Position numbers and translations under genes: made by a program
Part shown: positions 36,516 to 45,807 of the stretch, piece by piece
Numbering within the stretch: position 1 is the first letter of the stretch
How the letters are laid out: each line of letters opens with the position of its first letter
The notes under the pieces: generated by a model
Database searches by the model: none
What the model was told of the DNA's origin: nothing
Seen by the model: only the letters and a program-made list of their open reading frames with translations
Assembly: GCA_009780015.1 (NCBI GenBank)
Contig: WRAW01000003.1
Span: forward strand, 1 to 60,998
Reading direction: 5' to 3'
Length of the DNA: 60,998 nt
Source: Defluviitaleaceae bacterium
GTDB lineage: Bacteria; Bacillota; Clostridia; Lachnospirales; WRAA01

Positions 36516-36722
36516 GTGGATATAATACTGTTGCCGTTTCGTATTACTTGGGGGCTTTTCAGCTTGCTGCTCAATCTTACCGGGCGAATTCTTGGTATAG
36601 TAATTGGCATAGTATTTATGGCAGTCGGGTTAATACTAACGGTTACGTTTATCGGATCGGTGCTTGGCATACCATTATTAATTTTGGGCCTGTTGCTTAT
36701 TATAAGATCGTTATTTAAATAG
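36516..36722 (+). CDS. hypothetical small two-TM membrane protein
   Basis: 68 aa, almost entirely hydrophobic (LGIVIGIVFMAVGLILTV..GIPLLILGLLLII). GTG start after AGGGGAAG. Confidence 0.4.
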   Translation: MDIILLPFRITWGLFSLLLNLTGRILGIVIGIVFMAVGLILTVTFIGSVLGIPLLILGLLLIIRSLFK

Positions 36723-36788
36723 CCGTATTGACACCTGTTTCGGGCTTCTGTGGGGGCAAAGCAATCTGCTTACAAGGCGCTTTAAATG

Positions 36789-36826
36789 GAAAACCGACCA
36801 CTCTGAACACAGAAAAGTCGGTTTTC
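36789..36826. terminator. bidirectional terminator-like hairpin
   Basis: GAAAACCGAC / GTCGGTTTTC 10-bp stem, between the small + strand ORF and the 3' end of dctM (-). Confidence 0.5.
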
Positions 36827-36845
36827 TATATTTGACGTGAAATGT

Positions 36846-38180
36846 TTACATCAAGCCGGGCAGGAACAGAACTACTTGGGGAAAGAAAATGCAAATTGCC
36901 AACACGACAAGGCTTACAAGGAAGAATGGGAAAGAGCCGCCAAACACTTCCTCCAAGGTTATGCTTTCCGTTCCCTCCATTCCCAGCGTTGCCGCTTTTA
37001 CGGCAAATACATTCATGCCAAAGGGCGGAGTAATCAGCCCCGTACCGGCTACGATAATCATGATGATGCCAAACCATACTAAGTCAAACCCCAGGTCTGT
37101 GACGATAGGAACCATTAACGGAATGGTCAGCAGCATGGTGGTTGTGGCATCCATCACAAAGCTTACAAGCAGCAAAACAAACATAAGCATTAAGACTATC
37201 GCGATAGGCGGCAAGTCAAAGCCGGATACAAAACTGCCGACAAAGTTGATAACACCGCCCATTGCCAGTGTTCTTGAATAAGTCTGAGCCGCAATCATCA
37301 GAATCATGATGCTTCCTGAAGTTGCCGCAACGGAAAGCATGACTTCCCAAATGCCGTTCAAAGTGAACTTGCCTTTCAATATTACGATAACAAACGCTCC
37401 GAAGGCGCCGACGCCTCCCGCCTCGGTCGGGGTGAAAAATCCAAACCAGATGCCGCCAAGGGATAGGAAGATCAATGCTACGATGGCCCAAGGCTTGAGG
37501 ACTATTTTCCAGAAATTCTTTTTTTCCTCCTCCGTTAGCGGCTCAACGGGCGGGACATAGGAAGGATGACGCCTTGTAATCAGCCAAACCGTTATAATGA
37601 ACGCCACAGTCATTATCAAGCCCGGAACAATACCGGCCAAAAAGAGGCTGCCTATGGAGGTGTTGGCCTGGGAGCCATAAACTATCATCAAAAGGCTGGG
37701 CGGGATCAGGAAGCCCATAGAAGCGGAACCTGCTATTACGCCGAGGGAGAATTTGCGGTCATATTTTAGCCTCTGCATCTGGGGCAGGGCGATTTTTGTG
37801 AATACTACGGCCGAAGCGACCGCAACCCCGGAAAAGGCTGAGAATAATGCGTTGGCCAGTATGGTTGCAACGCTTACGCCGCCGCGTACGCGTTTAAGAA
37901 TGAGGTTGGCCGCGTCGTACAGCTCCAGGCTTGCGCCGGACATGTTTGCAAGCAGCCCCATCAAAATATACATGGGGATAACCCCAAACATGTATTGCCT
38001 GATACTTACCCAAGACGCCTGATATAACACGGAAACCGCTACGTCAGGCCGGCCGGTTATTAGGTAGACGCCGACAAGGCTGACAACACATAGCGATACA
38101 GCTATATGTACACCAATGAATAGCAGAATCAGGAGCAGCGTGATTGTAATAAGTACAAGAATTTCAGGGTCAATCATCAT
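36846..38180 (-). CDS. dctM: TRAP transporter large permease (DctM family)
   Basis: 444 aa, polytopic, with typical DctM sequence texture. It overlaps dctQ by 4 nt. Confidence 0.88.
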   Translation of the reverse strand: MMIDPEILVLITITLLLILLFIGVHIAVSLCVVSLVGVYLITGRPDVAVSVLYQASWVSIRQYMFGVIPMYILMGLLANMSGASLELYDAANLILKRVRGGVSVATILANALFSAFSGVAVASAVVFTKIALPQMQRLKYDRKFSLGVIAGSASMGFLIPPSLLMIVYGSQANTSIGSLFLAGIVPGLIMTVAFIITVWLITRRHPSYVPPVEPLTEEEKKNFWKIVLKPWAIVALIFLSLGGIWFGFFTPTEAGGVGAFGAFVIVILKGKFTLNGIWEVMLSVAATSGSIMILMIAAQTYSRTLAMGGVINFVGSFVSGFDLPPIAIVLMLMFVLLLVSFVMDATTTMLLTIPLMVPIVTDLGFDLVWFGIIMIIVAGTGLITPPFGMNVFAVKAATLGMEGTESITLEEVFGGSFPFFLVSLVVLAICIFFPQVVLFLPGLM

Positions 38181-38740
38181 CTGTCTCCCTCCTTAGGCAT
38201 TTCATTTGCCGGCGTTTCGCTGCCGGTAGCTTCACTTTGTTTTATTACCAGGTTCAGGATGTGCTTAACCGCAAGGATAAAAAACTCAATAGCCATCAAA
38301 GCGGATCCAAATACTATCGCAAACCGCCCCGGCGAGGTCGGAATCCTCAATGTACCCGCCATTTCACCCTCGCTTATAGCCCATGCTCGCAGAAAGCTTG
38401 TCCAGCCGGCGTTCATGATAAGAAGAAAAACAAGCATACCCAGCAGGCATGCCAGCAAATCGGCAATGTTTTTCCCTTTGAATCCCATCCTGTCATACAG
38501 AACTGTTGAGCGTAAATGACGGCCCTTCATTAACACAAAAGGGATTTGCATGAAGCATAGTATGACGAGTACATTGCCAACTATCTCGGCGACACCCTGA
38601 ATAGGTGCGTTAAATAAAACCCTGGAAAGGACATCGAATGTGATTATCAACATTACCGCAAAAGTTATTAAAGCCGATAATGAGTTAATTAGAGTCAACA
38701 GATTGCTAAACCAATTGTCAAGTTTTCGGAAAATCAACAA
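38177..38740 (-). CDS. dctQ: TRAP transporter small permease (DctQ family)
   Basis: 187 aa, 4 TM segments. TTG start 7 nt after AAGGAGG. Confidence 0.8.
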   Translation of the reverse strand: MLIFRKLDNWFSNLLTLINSLSALITFAVMLIITFDVLSRVLFNAPIQGVAEIVGNVLVILCFMQIPFVLMKGRHLRSTVLYDRMGFKGKNIADLLACLLGMLVFLLIMNAGWTSFLRAWAISEGEMAGTLRIPTSPGRFAIVFGSALMAIEFFILAVKHILNLVIKQSEATGSETPANEMPKEGDR

Positions 38741-38868
38741 ATCGCTACCTCCTTTTTCGTGGGTGTCCTTCGCCTTGCCACACCATAGCCGACAGGCATA
38801 CGAATTTTAAGTATGCAAGGCGAAAGACATGATTGGCAGAAGGACAACCGGGTTATACCGGTGCCCCG

Positions 38869-40017
38869 CTACTCGTTAAGCCAATCGCGTACCCGGGGAA
38901 CTCCCTGAGCTTCCATCAGCTCAAGCCATCGTGTAACGAGCACTTCCCCAGGGTATCCTGCGGCGTCGAGAAGGGGCACAAGGTCGTCCCTTACGATATT
39001 GTTAAGGCTGGCTGCCCACGCAATCTGCTCTTCCAATGACAGTTCGCTGATTGTGGCTCCGGCATCCCTCAATATCTGCAAGCTTCCTTCATGCACGCCC
39101 ATTATGAACTCAACTGAATTCATGAGGTAGGCATCTCCGACTTCCCGCATGATTTGCTGTACTTCCGCTGGCAGACCATACCAGGAATCCATGTTGACGG
39201 TGATGGCGTTCAAAGGTAGCATTCCAAGTCCTGCATCCAAGTAATAAGGTGCAACTTCATACACCTGCAGGTCTATGGTTGATCGAGAAGGCAATATGAC
39301 GGCGTCCACAACGCCTAATTGAATGTTCGGATAGGCTTCCGGCAAGGTCGTCAGTACGCCGGCCGCGCCTGAACCTTCAATCCATGATATATTAACGCTT
39401 GCGGCTCCGATTCTTCTTCCGGCAACATCATCCAGCGAGTTGATTGGGAAATTGCTGAATACGCCGTATTGGTCACTAAAGCCAATTGCCATGTAGTACT
39501 GGTTAAATCTTTCAAAGCTGGTTTCAAATTCTGGAAACTCTTCTTTCATTTGCGCGTATGCAATAGCGCCCAAATCAGCGGTAGGAATTGCGAAAGGCAT
39601 CATAAACGTCATCGCTTGGAGAGGCATACGAGAAAATTCAAGCATCATTACGATGCTGCCGACGTCCACGAGGCCAGCTTGAACGCCCTCAAGCTCACCG
39701 CCAAGAGGTATAACCGTGCCGCCAAAACTCCTGACCCAATTTATTTCGTAATTTGTTTCGTTATATACACGTTCTTCAACAACTTCCAGGAAGAATCTTT
39801 CAAAAGCCTGTATCCAAGGAGCTGTTTCCGGGTTGCCGGAGCCAACGCGCAATGTTATGGTTTGTCTTTCCTGTGCGGTTCCTCCTTGTGCGGCTCCGCC
39901 CTGTGCGGTTCCTCCCTGCGCTTGCGCTCCTTGGTTGCCGCCATTGCCACAGGCGGAAAGTACAAGCATCAGCGCCAGCATAGACGCCAACAGTGAATTT
40001 ATTTTTATCTTCTTCAT
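38869..40017 (-). CDS. dctP: TRAP substrate-binding lipoprotein (DctP-like)
   Basis: I moved the start to ATG 40017 (MKKIKINSLLASMLALMLVLSAC lipobox). A Gly/Gln-rich linker is followed by an SBP fold. The track ORF starts at 40083. Confidence 0.8.
   Translation of the reverse strand: MKKIKINSLLASMLALMLVLSACGNGGNQGAQAQGGTAQGGAAQGGTAQERQTITLRVGSGNPETAPWIQAFERFFLEVVEERVYNETNYEINWVRSFGGTVIPLGGELEGVQAGLVDVGSIVMMLEFSRMPLQAMTFMMPFAIPTADLGAIAYAQMKEEFPEFETSFERFNQYYMAIGFSDQYGVFSNFPINSLDDVAGRRIGAASVNISWIEGSGAAGVLTTLPEAYPNIQLGVVDAVILPSRSTIDLQVYEVAPYYLDAGLGMLPLNAITVNMDSWYGLPAEVQQIMREVGDAYLMNSVEFIMGVHEGSLQILRDAGATISELSLEEQIAWAASLNNIVRDDLVPLLDAAGYPGEVLVTRWLELMEAQGVPRVRDWLNE
39871..39930. repeat. 15-bp tandem repeat x4 encoding the QGG(T/A)A linker of the lipoprotein
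   Basis: CTGTGCGGTTCCTCC / TTGTGCGGCTCCGCC / CTGTGCGGTTCCTCC / CTGCGCTTGCGCTCC on the + strand. On the coding strand this reads ...GAQAQGGTAQGGAAQGGTAQ.... Confidence 0.8.
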
Positions 40018-40482
40018 AGCGTTATCAACCTCTCTTTGTGTTATTTGATTTGGATACAGCCAATATTTCAACGTCCTTTGCATTTTACATTCCCGGCATT
40101 TCCTCAGAAATCTTTGTCACCAAGCGTTAATGTCGGCGTCCCGTGTAAAACGACGCAGATTCCGGCGGAAATAGCCTCTTGGCCTAAGCATAGGAGGTCG
40201 AGACCGGGTGCTAATCTGCGCTTGTAAAATTTGGAGATCGAATTTCTTCAAACCTGTGTCTGCGATACACGTCAGCATAAATTAGTGCAAATGCTTGTCC
40301 ATTTCTTTGCTACAATACTTTCCGCTACTCATTAATCACGCTCCCCCCGCGCTCATAGTGTGTAATATACTCGTATATACTAGCAAATTACATGCCAACA
40401 TTAAGAGTGTGCCATCCTTACCGCAAGCTTAACAACACTATTGTGGAATTTTTGATGCCAGGATTGCAGCATATTCCCAATA

Positions 40483-40590
40483 TATAGTAATATGACCTCG
40501 AAACAGTAACAAAGGAGGGGTGCGGGAAATCGGGAAATTTCCCGCTGCTTACCCCGACGCATGTTACTGATTGAGAGGCATATTACTATA
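40483..40590. repeat. family D ~108-bp imperfect palindrome in the 870-bp gene-free region
   Basis: TATAGTAATATGACCTC..CAGTAACA..GGGGTGCGGGAAAT / ATTTCCCGC..CCCC..TGTTACTG..GAGGCATATTACTATA. I saw only one copy in the window. Confidence 0.55.
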
Positions 40591-40886
40591 CTAGCTTTTG
40601 TCATAAATCTATAACACAATTTAACTACCATATGATATTATCCATAGTCTAATCACCTCTGGATTGATTATACTCAGGCATTCAACTTTTTTCATGTGTT
40701 CTATAAGAGATGCCAGCTGGCGCTGCTATTTTTAAGAAAGGATTATGTTCGATATATTGATTGATACAGCATGTGACAAAATGAGACAAAGATACATGTT
40801 TTTTGTTGATACACTTTTGGCGCTGTGTATTGACTCGACCGGTGCAGTAAGGTGTGCTATAATATAATTCAAAAGGAGAGATCGTT

Positions 40887-42068
40887 ATGGATGTCAAGAA
40901 ATTAGCTGAGAGTATGCAAGATAAGGTTGTCATGTGGAGAAGAGACCTTCACAAAATTCCCGAGATAGGAAATTATTTGCCTCAGACATCAAAATATGTG
41001 CAGGACCGCCTTACAGAAATGGGTATTCCCTTTGTAACAATGGTAAACGGGTCTGGCGTGCTCGCGACAATCACCGGTGAAAGCTTGGGGAAAACCATTG
41101 CTTTGCGTGCTGATATGGACGCGCTTCCACTTACTGAGGACGCACCGGTTGATTTTAAATCGATGAACGGGAAAATGCACGCTTGTGGACACGATGCCCA
41201 TACGGCAATACTGCTTGGCGCGGCAAAGGTGTTAAATGACCATAAGTCAGGTATAAAAGGAACCATAAAGCTGATATTTCAGCCTGGTGAGGAAGCTCCA
41301 GGCGGTGCGAAGCCGATGATCGCGGAAGGCTGTCTTAGAGATGTCGACGCAATTTTTGGGCAGCATATAGGTTGCTTGTTCGCAAATATCAAGGAATCGG
41401 GGAAAATCCTTGTTTCACATAACAGCGCAATGGCTTGCAGAGATGTGTTTAAGATCAAAATCATCGGTCGCGGCGGTCACGGCGCTTGGCCGGAAAACTG
41501 CATCGACCCGATAACGATTGCGGCACAGGTAATCAACGGTATTAATGTAATTAAGGCTCGCGAAATTGCCGCCCTTGCACCCTCTGTTATTTCTATTTGC
41601 ATGGTACACGGTGGAACCGCAAACAACATTATTCCTCAGGTAGTGGAGCTTGAAGGCTCTACCCGTGCTGTTGACCAGAAAACCCGCGAGAAGATCGCCG
41701 CGAGAATCGAGCAGGTACTCAAGAGCACTTGCGAGGCGTATGGCGCAGCATATGAATTCAAATTTAGCTGGGATTACGACATAACCGTAAACAACCCCGA
41801 GATGGCCGACTTAGTAATAAAATCGGTGAAGGACTTGGGAATGGGCAATGATCTTCTGATCCAGCCAAACCCGCTTATGGGATCGGAGGACATGTCTTTC
41901 TTTCTTAACGAAGTTCCCGGGGCCTACTATTTTTTAACCTCGGTAGTGCAGCAGGACGGTCAAGTATACGGACACCACAACACAAAATTTATGCTTGACG
42001 AAAGCGTATTTTCAAAAGGTGTGGCTGTCTTCTTACAAATTACGGCTAACTATTTGGGTTTTGAGTAG
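40887..42068 (+). CDS. M20D-family amidohydrolase (N-acyl-amino-acid / hippurate hydrolase-like)
   Basis: 393 aa. WRRDLHKIPE... and the HACGHDAHT motif. AAAGGAGAG RBS. Confidence 0.85.
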   Translation: MDVKKLAESMQDKVVMWRRDLHKIPEIGNYLPQTSKYVQDRLTEMGIPFVTMVNGSGVLATITGESLGKTIALRADMDALPLTEDAPVDFKSMNGKMHACGHDAHTAILLGAAKVLNDHKSGIKGTIKLIFQPGEEAPGGAKPMIAEGCLRDVDAIFGQHIGCLFANIKESGKILVSHNSAMACRDVFKIKIIGRGGHGAWPENCIDPITIAAQVINGINVIKAREIAALAPSVISICMVHGGTANNIIPQVVELEGSTRAVDQKTREKIAARIEQVLKSTCEAYGAAYEFKFSWDYDITVNNPEMADLVIKSVKDLGMGNDLLIQPNPLMGSEDMSFFLNEVPGAYYFLTSVVQQDGQVYGHHNTKFMLDESVFSKGVAVFLQITANYLGFE

Positions 42069-42264
42069 ACTCCGGCAGGAATGATAACGTCAAGAGCTTC
42101 TTGGATAGTTTTCAGCAGCGCAAAAAAGTTGCAATTCCATGTTTCGCAGGAATTTGAACTTTTTTTGTGTTCTTACTCAGCGTCAGTTAATGCGCAACGC
42201 TCCGAATTTTAATGGATATTGCAAATATCACCGTAATATGTGCCCGCGTAACCGCACAGTACAT

Positions 42265-42360
42265 CAATTCCGGTTGAGAAGGAACCGAAATTTTTCGGAA
42301 TGCCCGGATTGAAGCCGCCGGGATTCCGAAAAATTTGGGCTTGATTTGAACCAGAATTGC
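42265..42360. repeat. family B palindromic element, copy B2
   Basis: CAATTCCGGTTGAGAAGGAACCGAAATTTTTCGGAATGCCCGG...CCGGGATTCCGAAAAATTTGGGCTTGATTTGAACCAGAATTGC. It aligns along the full length of B1. Confidence 0.85.
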
Positions 42361-42562
42361 TATAATTGTCACAGAAAAATTACCGTTCGACAATTTTATT
42401 TACAGAGAAATAACGAAAAGTCTTTACAGAAGGGCATACGGCTTGCCGCTCTGTGTCTCACCACTATTTTAGAAACTCAATACAACCAACTGAAATTTTA
42501 GCTGTCTATATATGTGAGAGGAAGAAGCAGCGCAGATAAATTATATTTTAGGAGAGTGTGTA

Positions 42563-42796
42563 ATGATATTTGAAAAGATAAGAACCATCATCGCCGGGCA
42601 AATGAGCATTGCCGAGGACAAAGTTACCATGAACACGTCCTTCGCCGACGACTTGGGCGCGGATTCTCTCGACATATTTCAGATAATATCCGAACTTGAA
42701 GAAGAGTTCAATATGGAATTTTCTAACGACGCTGCCGAGAAAGTTAGGACTGTGGCCGATGCCGTGGAGTATATTAAGAATTACGCGGGGGAGTAG
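42563..42796 (+). CDS. acyl carrier protein (stand-alone, outside a fab cluster)
   Basis: 77 aa. The phosphopantetheine site is in LGADSLD. Typical 4-helix ACP length and acidity. AGGAGAG RBS. Confidence 0.85.
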   Translation: MIFEKIRTIIAGQMSIAEDKVTMNTSFADDLGADSLDIFQIISELEEEFNMEFSNDAAEKVRTVADAVEYIKNYAGE

Positions 42797-42861
42797 CGCA
42801 TTGAGAAGGTTGATTACAGAAAGCACAGAATATATGCCGGAGCGCCCGTATAGCCGTATGG

Positions 42862-43078
42862 GTCATTGACAGCGAAACATCCACATTAAGAGTACAATTA
42901 TTGGTGAAGTGCGAGATACAGTTAATTGACTCCGGTAAAGCCGCTGAAGAAATTGTAAACATTTATTGAGGAAGAAAAAAGGTCTATTTGTATTTTTGCC
43001 GCCATGGATACTTTGGAATATTTACGTAAAGGCGGTCGTTTATCCAGAACATCAGCCTTTGACGGAACTTTGAGGAGG
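42862..43078 (+). pseudogene. DegV-family (fatty-acid-binding) gene remnant, frameshifted and truncated at both ends
   Basis: Frame 1 reads VIDSETSTLRVQLLVKCEIQLIDSGKAAEEIVNIY then a stop. After a 1-nt shift near 42960 it reads IEEEKRSICIFAAMDTLEYLRKGGRLSRTSAFDGTL. VIDS... and TLEYLxKGGR(I/L)S are DegV hallmarks. Only ~70 of the ~280 expected residues remain. Confidence 0.5.
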
Positions 43079-43084
43079 TTATTT

Positions 43085-43825
43085 ATGCTACAAGGAACAA
43101 CGGCGCTAATAACGGGAGCGTCAAGAGGCATAGGGAAAGCGATAGCTCTTGATATGGCGCATAGCGGAGCCAATATTGCGCTCAACTATATTGGAAATTC
43201 TGAGGAAGCGGATGCTGTGCGTACATTGATTTTAAAAGAAAATGTCCGGTGTGAAACGTATGAGTGCGATATTTCGGATTTCAACGAGTCGAAAAGAATG
43301 TCTGGCGATGTACTTAAAGATTTTTCGCGCGTTGACATTTTAGTGAATAACGCCGGTATAGCCCGCGATAATCCACTTTTAGGAATTAACGAAAAGGATT
43401 ATGATGATGTTATGAATATTAATTTAAAGGGCGCTTTTAATATGATAAAACATCTTTATCCTAATTTTATGAAAAACCGCTCAGGCACAATCATCAATAT
43501 AGCAAGCGTCTGTGGTCTCAGGGGCTGGGAATGGCAGGCCAACTATGCCGCTTCAAAGGGCGGGCTTATCGCGCTGACAAAAACCGTGGCAAAAGAGCTT
43601 GCAGGACGCGGGGTTACCTGTAACGCTATTGCTCCTGGGCTTATTGAAACCGATATGACCGCTAAACTGACAGGAAGCAAGAAGGATAGCTTCGTAGCCT
43701 CGATTCCCCTTCAGAGGGCAGGGCGGCCCGGAGATGTGTCAAAGCTTGCCGTCTTTTTAGCAGGCGCCGGGGCGTCGTATATCACAGGTGAAGTAATTAA
43801 AGTTGACGGAGGCTTGTGTATTTAA
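43085..43825 (+). CDS. FabG-like 3-oxoacyl-ACP reductase (classical SDR)
   Basis: ATG at 43085, 6 nt after GAGGAGG. TGASRGIGKA cofactor motif and the catalytic S...YAASK. The track ORF (43004) includes DegV-remnant codons. Confidence 0.85.
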   Translation: MLQGTTALITGASRGIGKAIALDMAHSGANIALNYIGNSEEADAVRTLILKENVRCETYECDISDFNESKRMSGDVLKDFSRVDILVNNAGIARDNPLLGINEKDYDDVMNINLKGAFNMIKHLYPNFMKNRSGTIINIASVCGLRGWEWQANYAASKGGLIALTKTVAKELAGRGVTCNAIAPGLIETDMTAKLTGSKKDSFVASIPLQRAGRPGDVSKLAVFLAGAGASYITGEVIKVDGGLCI

Positions 43826-44751
43826 TGAAAATCGGAATCCCGAGAGCTTTACTATATTATTATCATGAAGATTTATGGCTGAACTTTTTTAAAAATCTAC
43901 ATATTGAGACAATTGTCAGCCCTGAAACCAACAAGGACATCATTAAAAAAGGCGTAAACAATTCTATAGACGAAGGATGCTTTTCGTCTAAGATATTTAT
44001 AGGTCATGTAGAGTATATGCTTGATAAATGCGACATGATTTTTGTGCCGCGTATAGAAAATTCGGCAATTCGCGAGGAATACTGCACAAGGATTTTCGGC
44101 TTGTATGATCTTGTCAGAAACACTTTTCCAAACGCCAAACTTTTACATGCGGATATAAATTATCTCTACCGCAAAAGGGAATCTAACGCTTTTTTAGAAA
44201 TAGGCCAGACTTTGGGCAAAACCAAGGAAGAGTCTTTAGAGGCGTATAAGAAAGCTATGCTAACAGCCAATAATTTAAAAGAGGACAAGATATTAAAACA
44301 GGAAGCGCTGCTAAATGGTGACGGCCTAAAAATCTTGATTTTCTCACATGCGTACAACACTTTTGACGCTAGTATAGGGAAGGTTGTGACGGATTTTTTT
44401 GCGGAGAACAATATTAAAATAGCATACGCAGACTTGGTGAACGAGAAGAAAGCACGGGCGCTAACTAAGGATGCTTATGGAAACAGGATATATTGGAAAA
44501 TAACTGCCGAGCTGATGGGTGGCGCAGAAACATACAAGGACCGTGTAGACGGGATTGTTCTTATTTCAACATTTCCCTGCGGGCCTGACTCTATATTCAA
44601 TGAGCTGATGATAAGGATAGTAAAAGATAAGCCTATTCTGTCGCTTGTCTTTGACGATCAGGATGCCGGTGCGGGGATTCAGACGCGCCTGGAGAGCTTT
44701 GTTGACATTATTACGGCTGCGGGAAGGGGTGAGGGTAATGGCGGTTATTGA
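43825..44751 (+). CDS. acyl-CoA dehydratase activase-related protein (DUF2229-type, BCR/HAD superfamily accessory or catalytic subunit)
   Basis: MKIGIPRALLYYY is the typical DUF2229 opening. Conserved Cys residues (DEGCF, EEYCT, TFPCGPDS). The ATG overlaps the fabG-like stop (TAATG). Confidence 0.65.
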   Translation: MKIGIPRALLYYYHEDLWLNFFKNLHIETIVSPETNKDIIKKGVNNSIDEGCFSSKIFIGHVEYMLDKCDMIFVPRIENSAIREEYCTRIFGLYDLVRNTFPNAKLLHADINYLYRKRESNAFLEIGQTLGKTKEESLEAYKKAMLTANNLKEDKILKQEALLNGDGLKILIFSHAYNTFDASIGKVVTDFFAENNIKIAYADLVNEKKARALTKDAYGNRIYWKITAELMGGAETYKDRVDGIVLISTFPCGPDSIFNELMIRIVKDKPILSLVFDDQDAGAGIQTRLESFVDIITAAGRGEGNGGY

Positions 44752-45805
44752 GAAAATAGCCTGTACCCCGACAATGGGGGATTATCATATACTAACTGAT
44801 ATGCTAATGGAAAGATGTTTGAATTATAAGACGATGCTTTGTCCCCCTATGACCAAGCGGACGCTTGAACTTGGAGCCAGACACAGTCCCGACATGATTT
44901 GCACGCCTTTCAAAATAACGCTGGGCAATTTTATAGAAGCCGCCGAGATGGGCGCAAACGTGTTTGTGATGCCCGGAGCAGGCTGTCGGCTGGGGTTTTA
45001 CGATATATTGCAGCAGCAAGTTTTGTCGGATTTGGGATATGAATGTGAAATGTTTCCTCTTTTTGACTATATCCCGTCTGTAAACAGGATGTTTAAGGCG
45101 TTTAATGACGCAAATCCAGACCTAACCCGGGAGGATTTTGACGCCGTCATGGATACCGTTGTTAGAATTGCGCTAGACATGGATGAGCTTGCTGATTTTA
45201 TGAGAAGGAATATTGCTTTTGAAGTGAGCAAGGGCGAGTATGAAAAGCATTATAAAGCATATTTGAATAGTGCTAAAACTGTGCAAAGCGCAGCCGAAGC
45301 GGAAAGTATCGGCGCAAAATATAAAGAAGACCAAAAAGCCATTAAGATAAACAAACCTGACAGGCCCATAAGGATCGGTGTAATCGGCGAAATATATGTT
45401 GTTGTAGAGTCGTTTTCAAATTGCAACTTAGAAAAATGGCTTGCCGAACATGGTGTAGAGATTATCCGTCCTTTTGACTTGTCGCGTATGGCAGTCGCGA
45501 TTTTTACAGTGGATGAGCAAATTGAAAAAAGCGGAGGCTATGTGGACTATAACATTGGCAGTACCGCAAATGACGCGGTAGCGCAGGCTTATGAAATGAT
45601 AACCGGCGGAATCGACGGAATAATTCATATAAAGCCTTCATCATGCTCCCCTGAAATAACCGCGATGACAATTTTGCAAAACATGTCGAGAGATCACGAC
45701 ATTCCCATCATGTATTTAACATTTGATACCGAGACAAGCGAAGCGGGGTTTCACACAAGGCTTGAGGCATTCCACGATATGATAGTTATGAAGGGGCTGA
45801 AGTAG
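44738..45805 (+). CDS. second acyl-CoA dehydratase activase-related / HgdB-like subunit
   Basis: 355 aa (MAVIEKIACTPTMGDY...). Cys motifs MICTPFK, GAGCRLG and KPSSCSPE. It overlaps the previous gene by 14 nt. Confidence 0.65.
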   Translation: MAVIEKIACTPTMGDYHILTDMLMERCLNYKTMLCPPMTKRTLELGARHSPDMICTPFKITLGNFIEAAEMGANVFVMPGAGCRLGFYDILQQQVLSDLGYECEMFPLFDYIPSVNRMFKAFNDANPDLTREDFDAVMDTVVRIALDMDELADFMRRNIAFEVSKGEYEKHYKAYLNSAKTVQSAAEAESIGAKYKEDQKAIKINKPDRPIRIGVIGEIYVVVESFSNCNLEKWLAEHGVEIIRPFDLSRMAVAIFTVDEQIEKSGGYVDYNIGSTANDAVAQAYEMITGGIDGIIHIKPSSCSPEITAMTILQNMSRDHDIPIMYLTFDTETSEAGFHTRLEAFHDMIVMKGLK

Positions 45806-45807
45806 GA

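Noticed and set aside
35516-36670. Long N-terminal extensions offered by the ORF track, for example 36377-36670 on the stalk protein, 40018-40083 on dctP, 3251-3340 on the MocA fusion and 43004-43084 on fabG.
   Set aside because: In each case an internal ATG with a good Shine-Dalgarno sequence and a sensible N-terminus (signal peptide or family-typical start) exists. The extensions have no family signal, and for fabG the extension is DegV-remnant sequence.
40401-40933. Minus-strand ORFs 40401-40631 and 40682-40933.
   Set aside because: They have no RBS and odd composition. The first runs through the family D palindrome. The second overlaps the start of the M20D gene.
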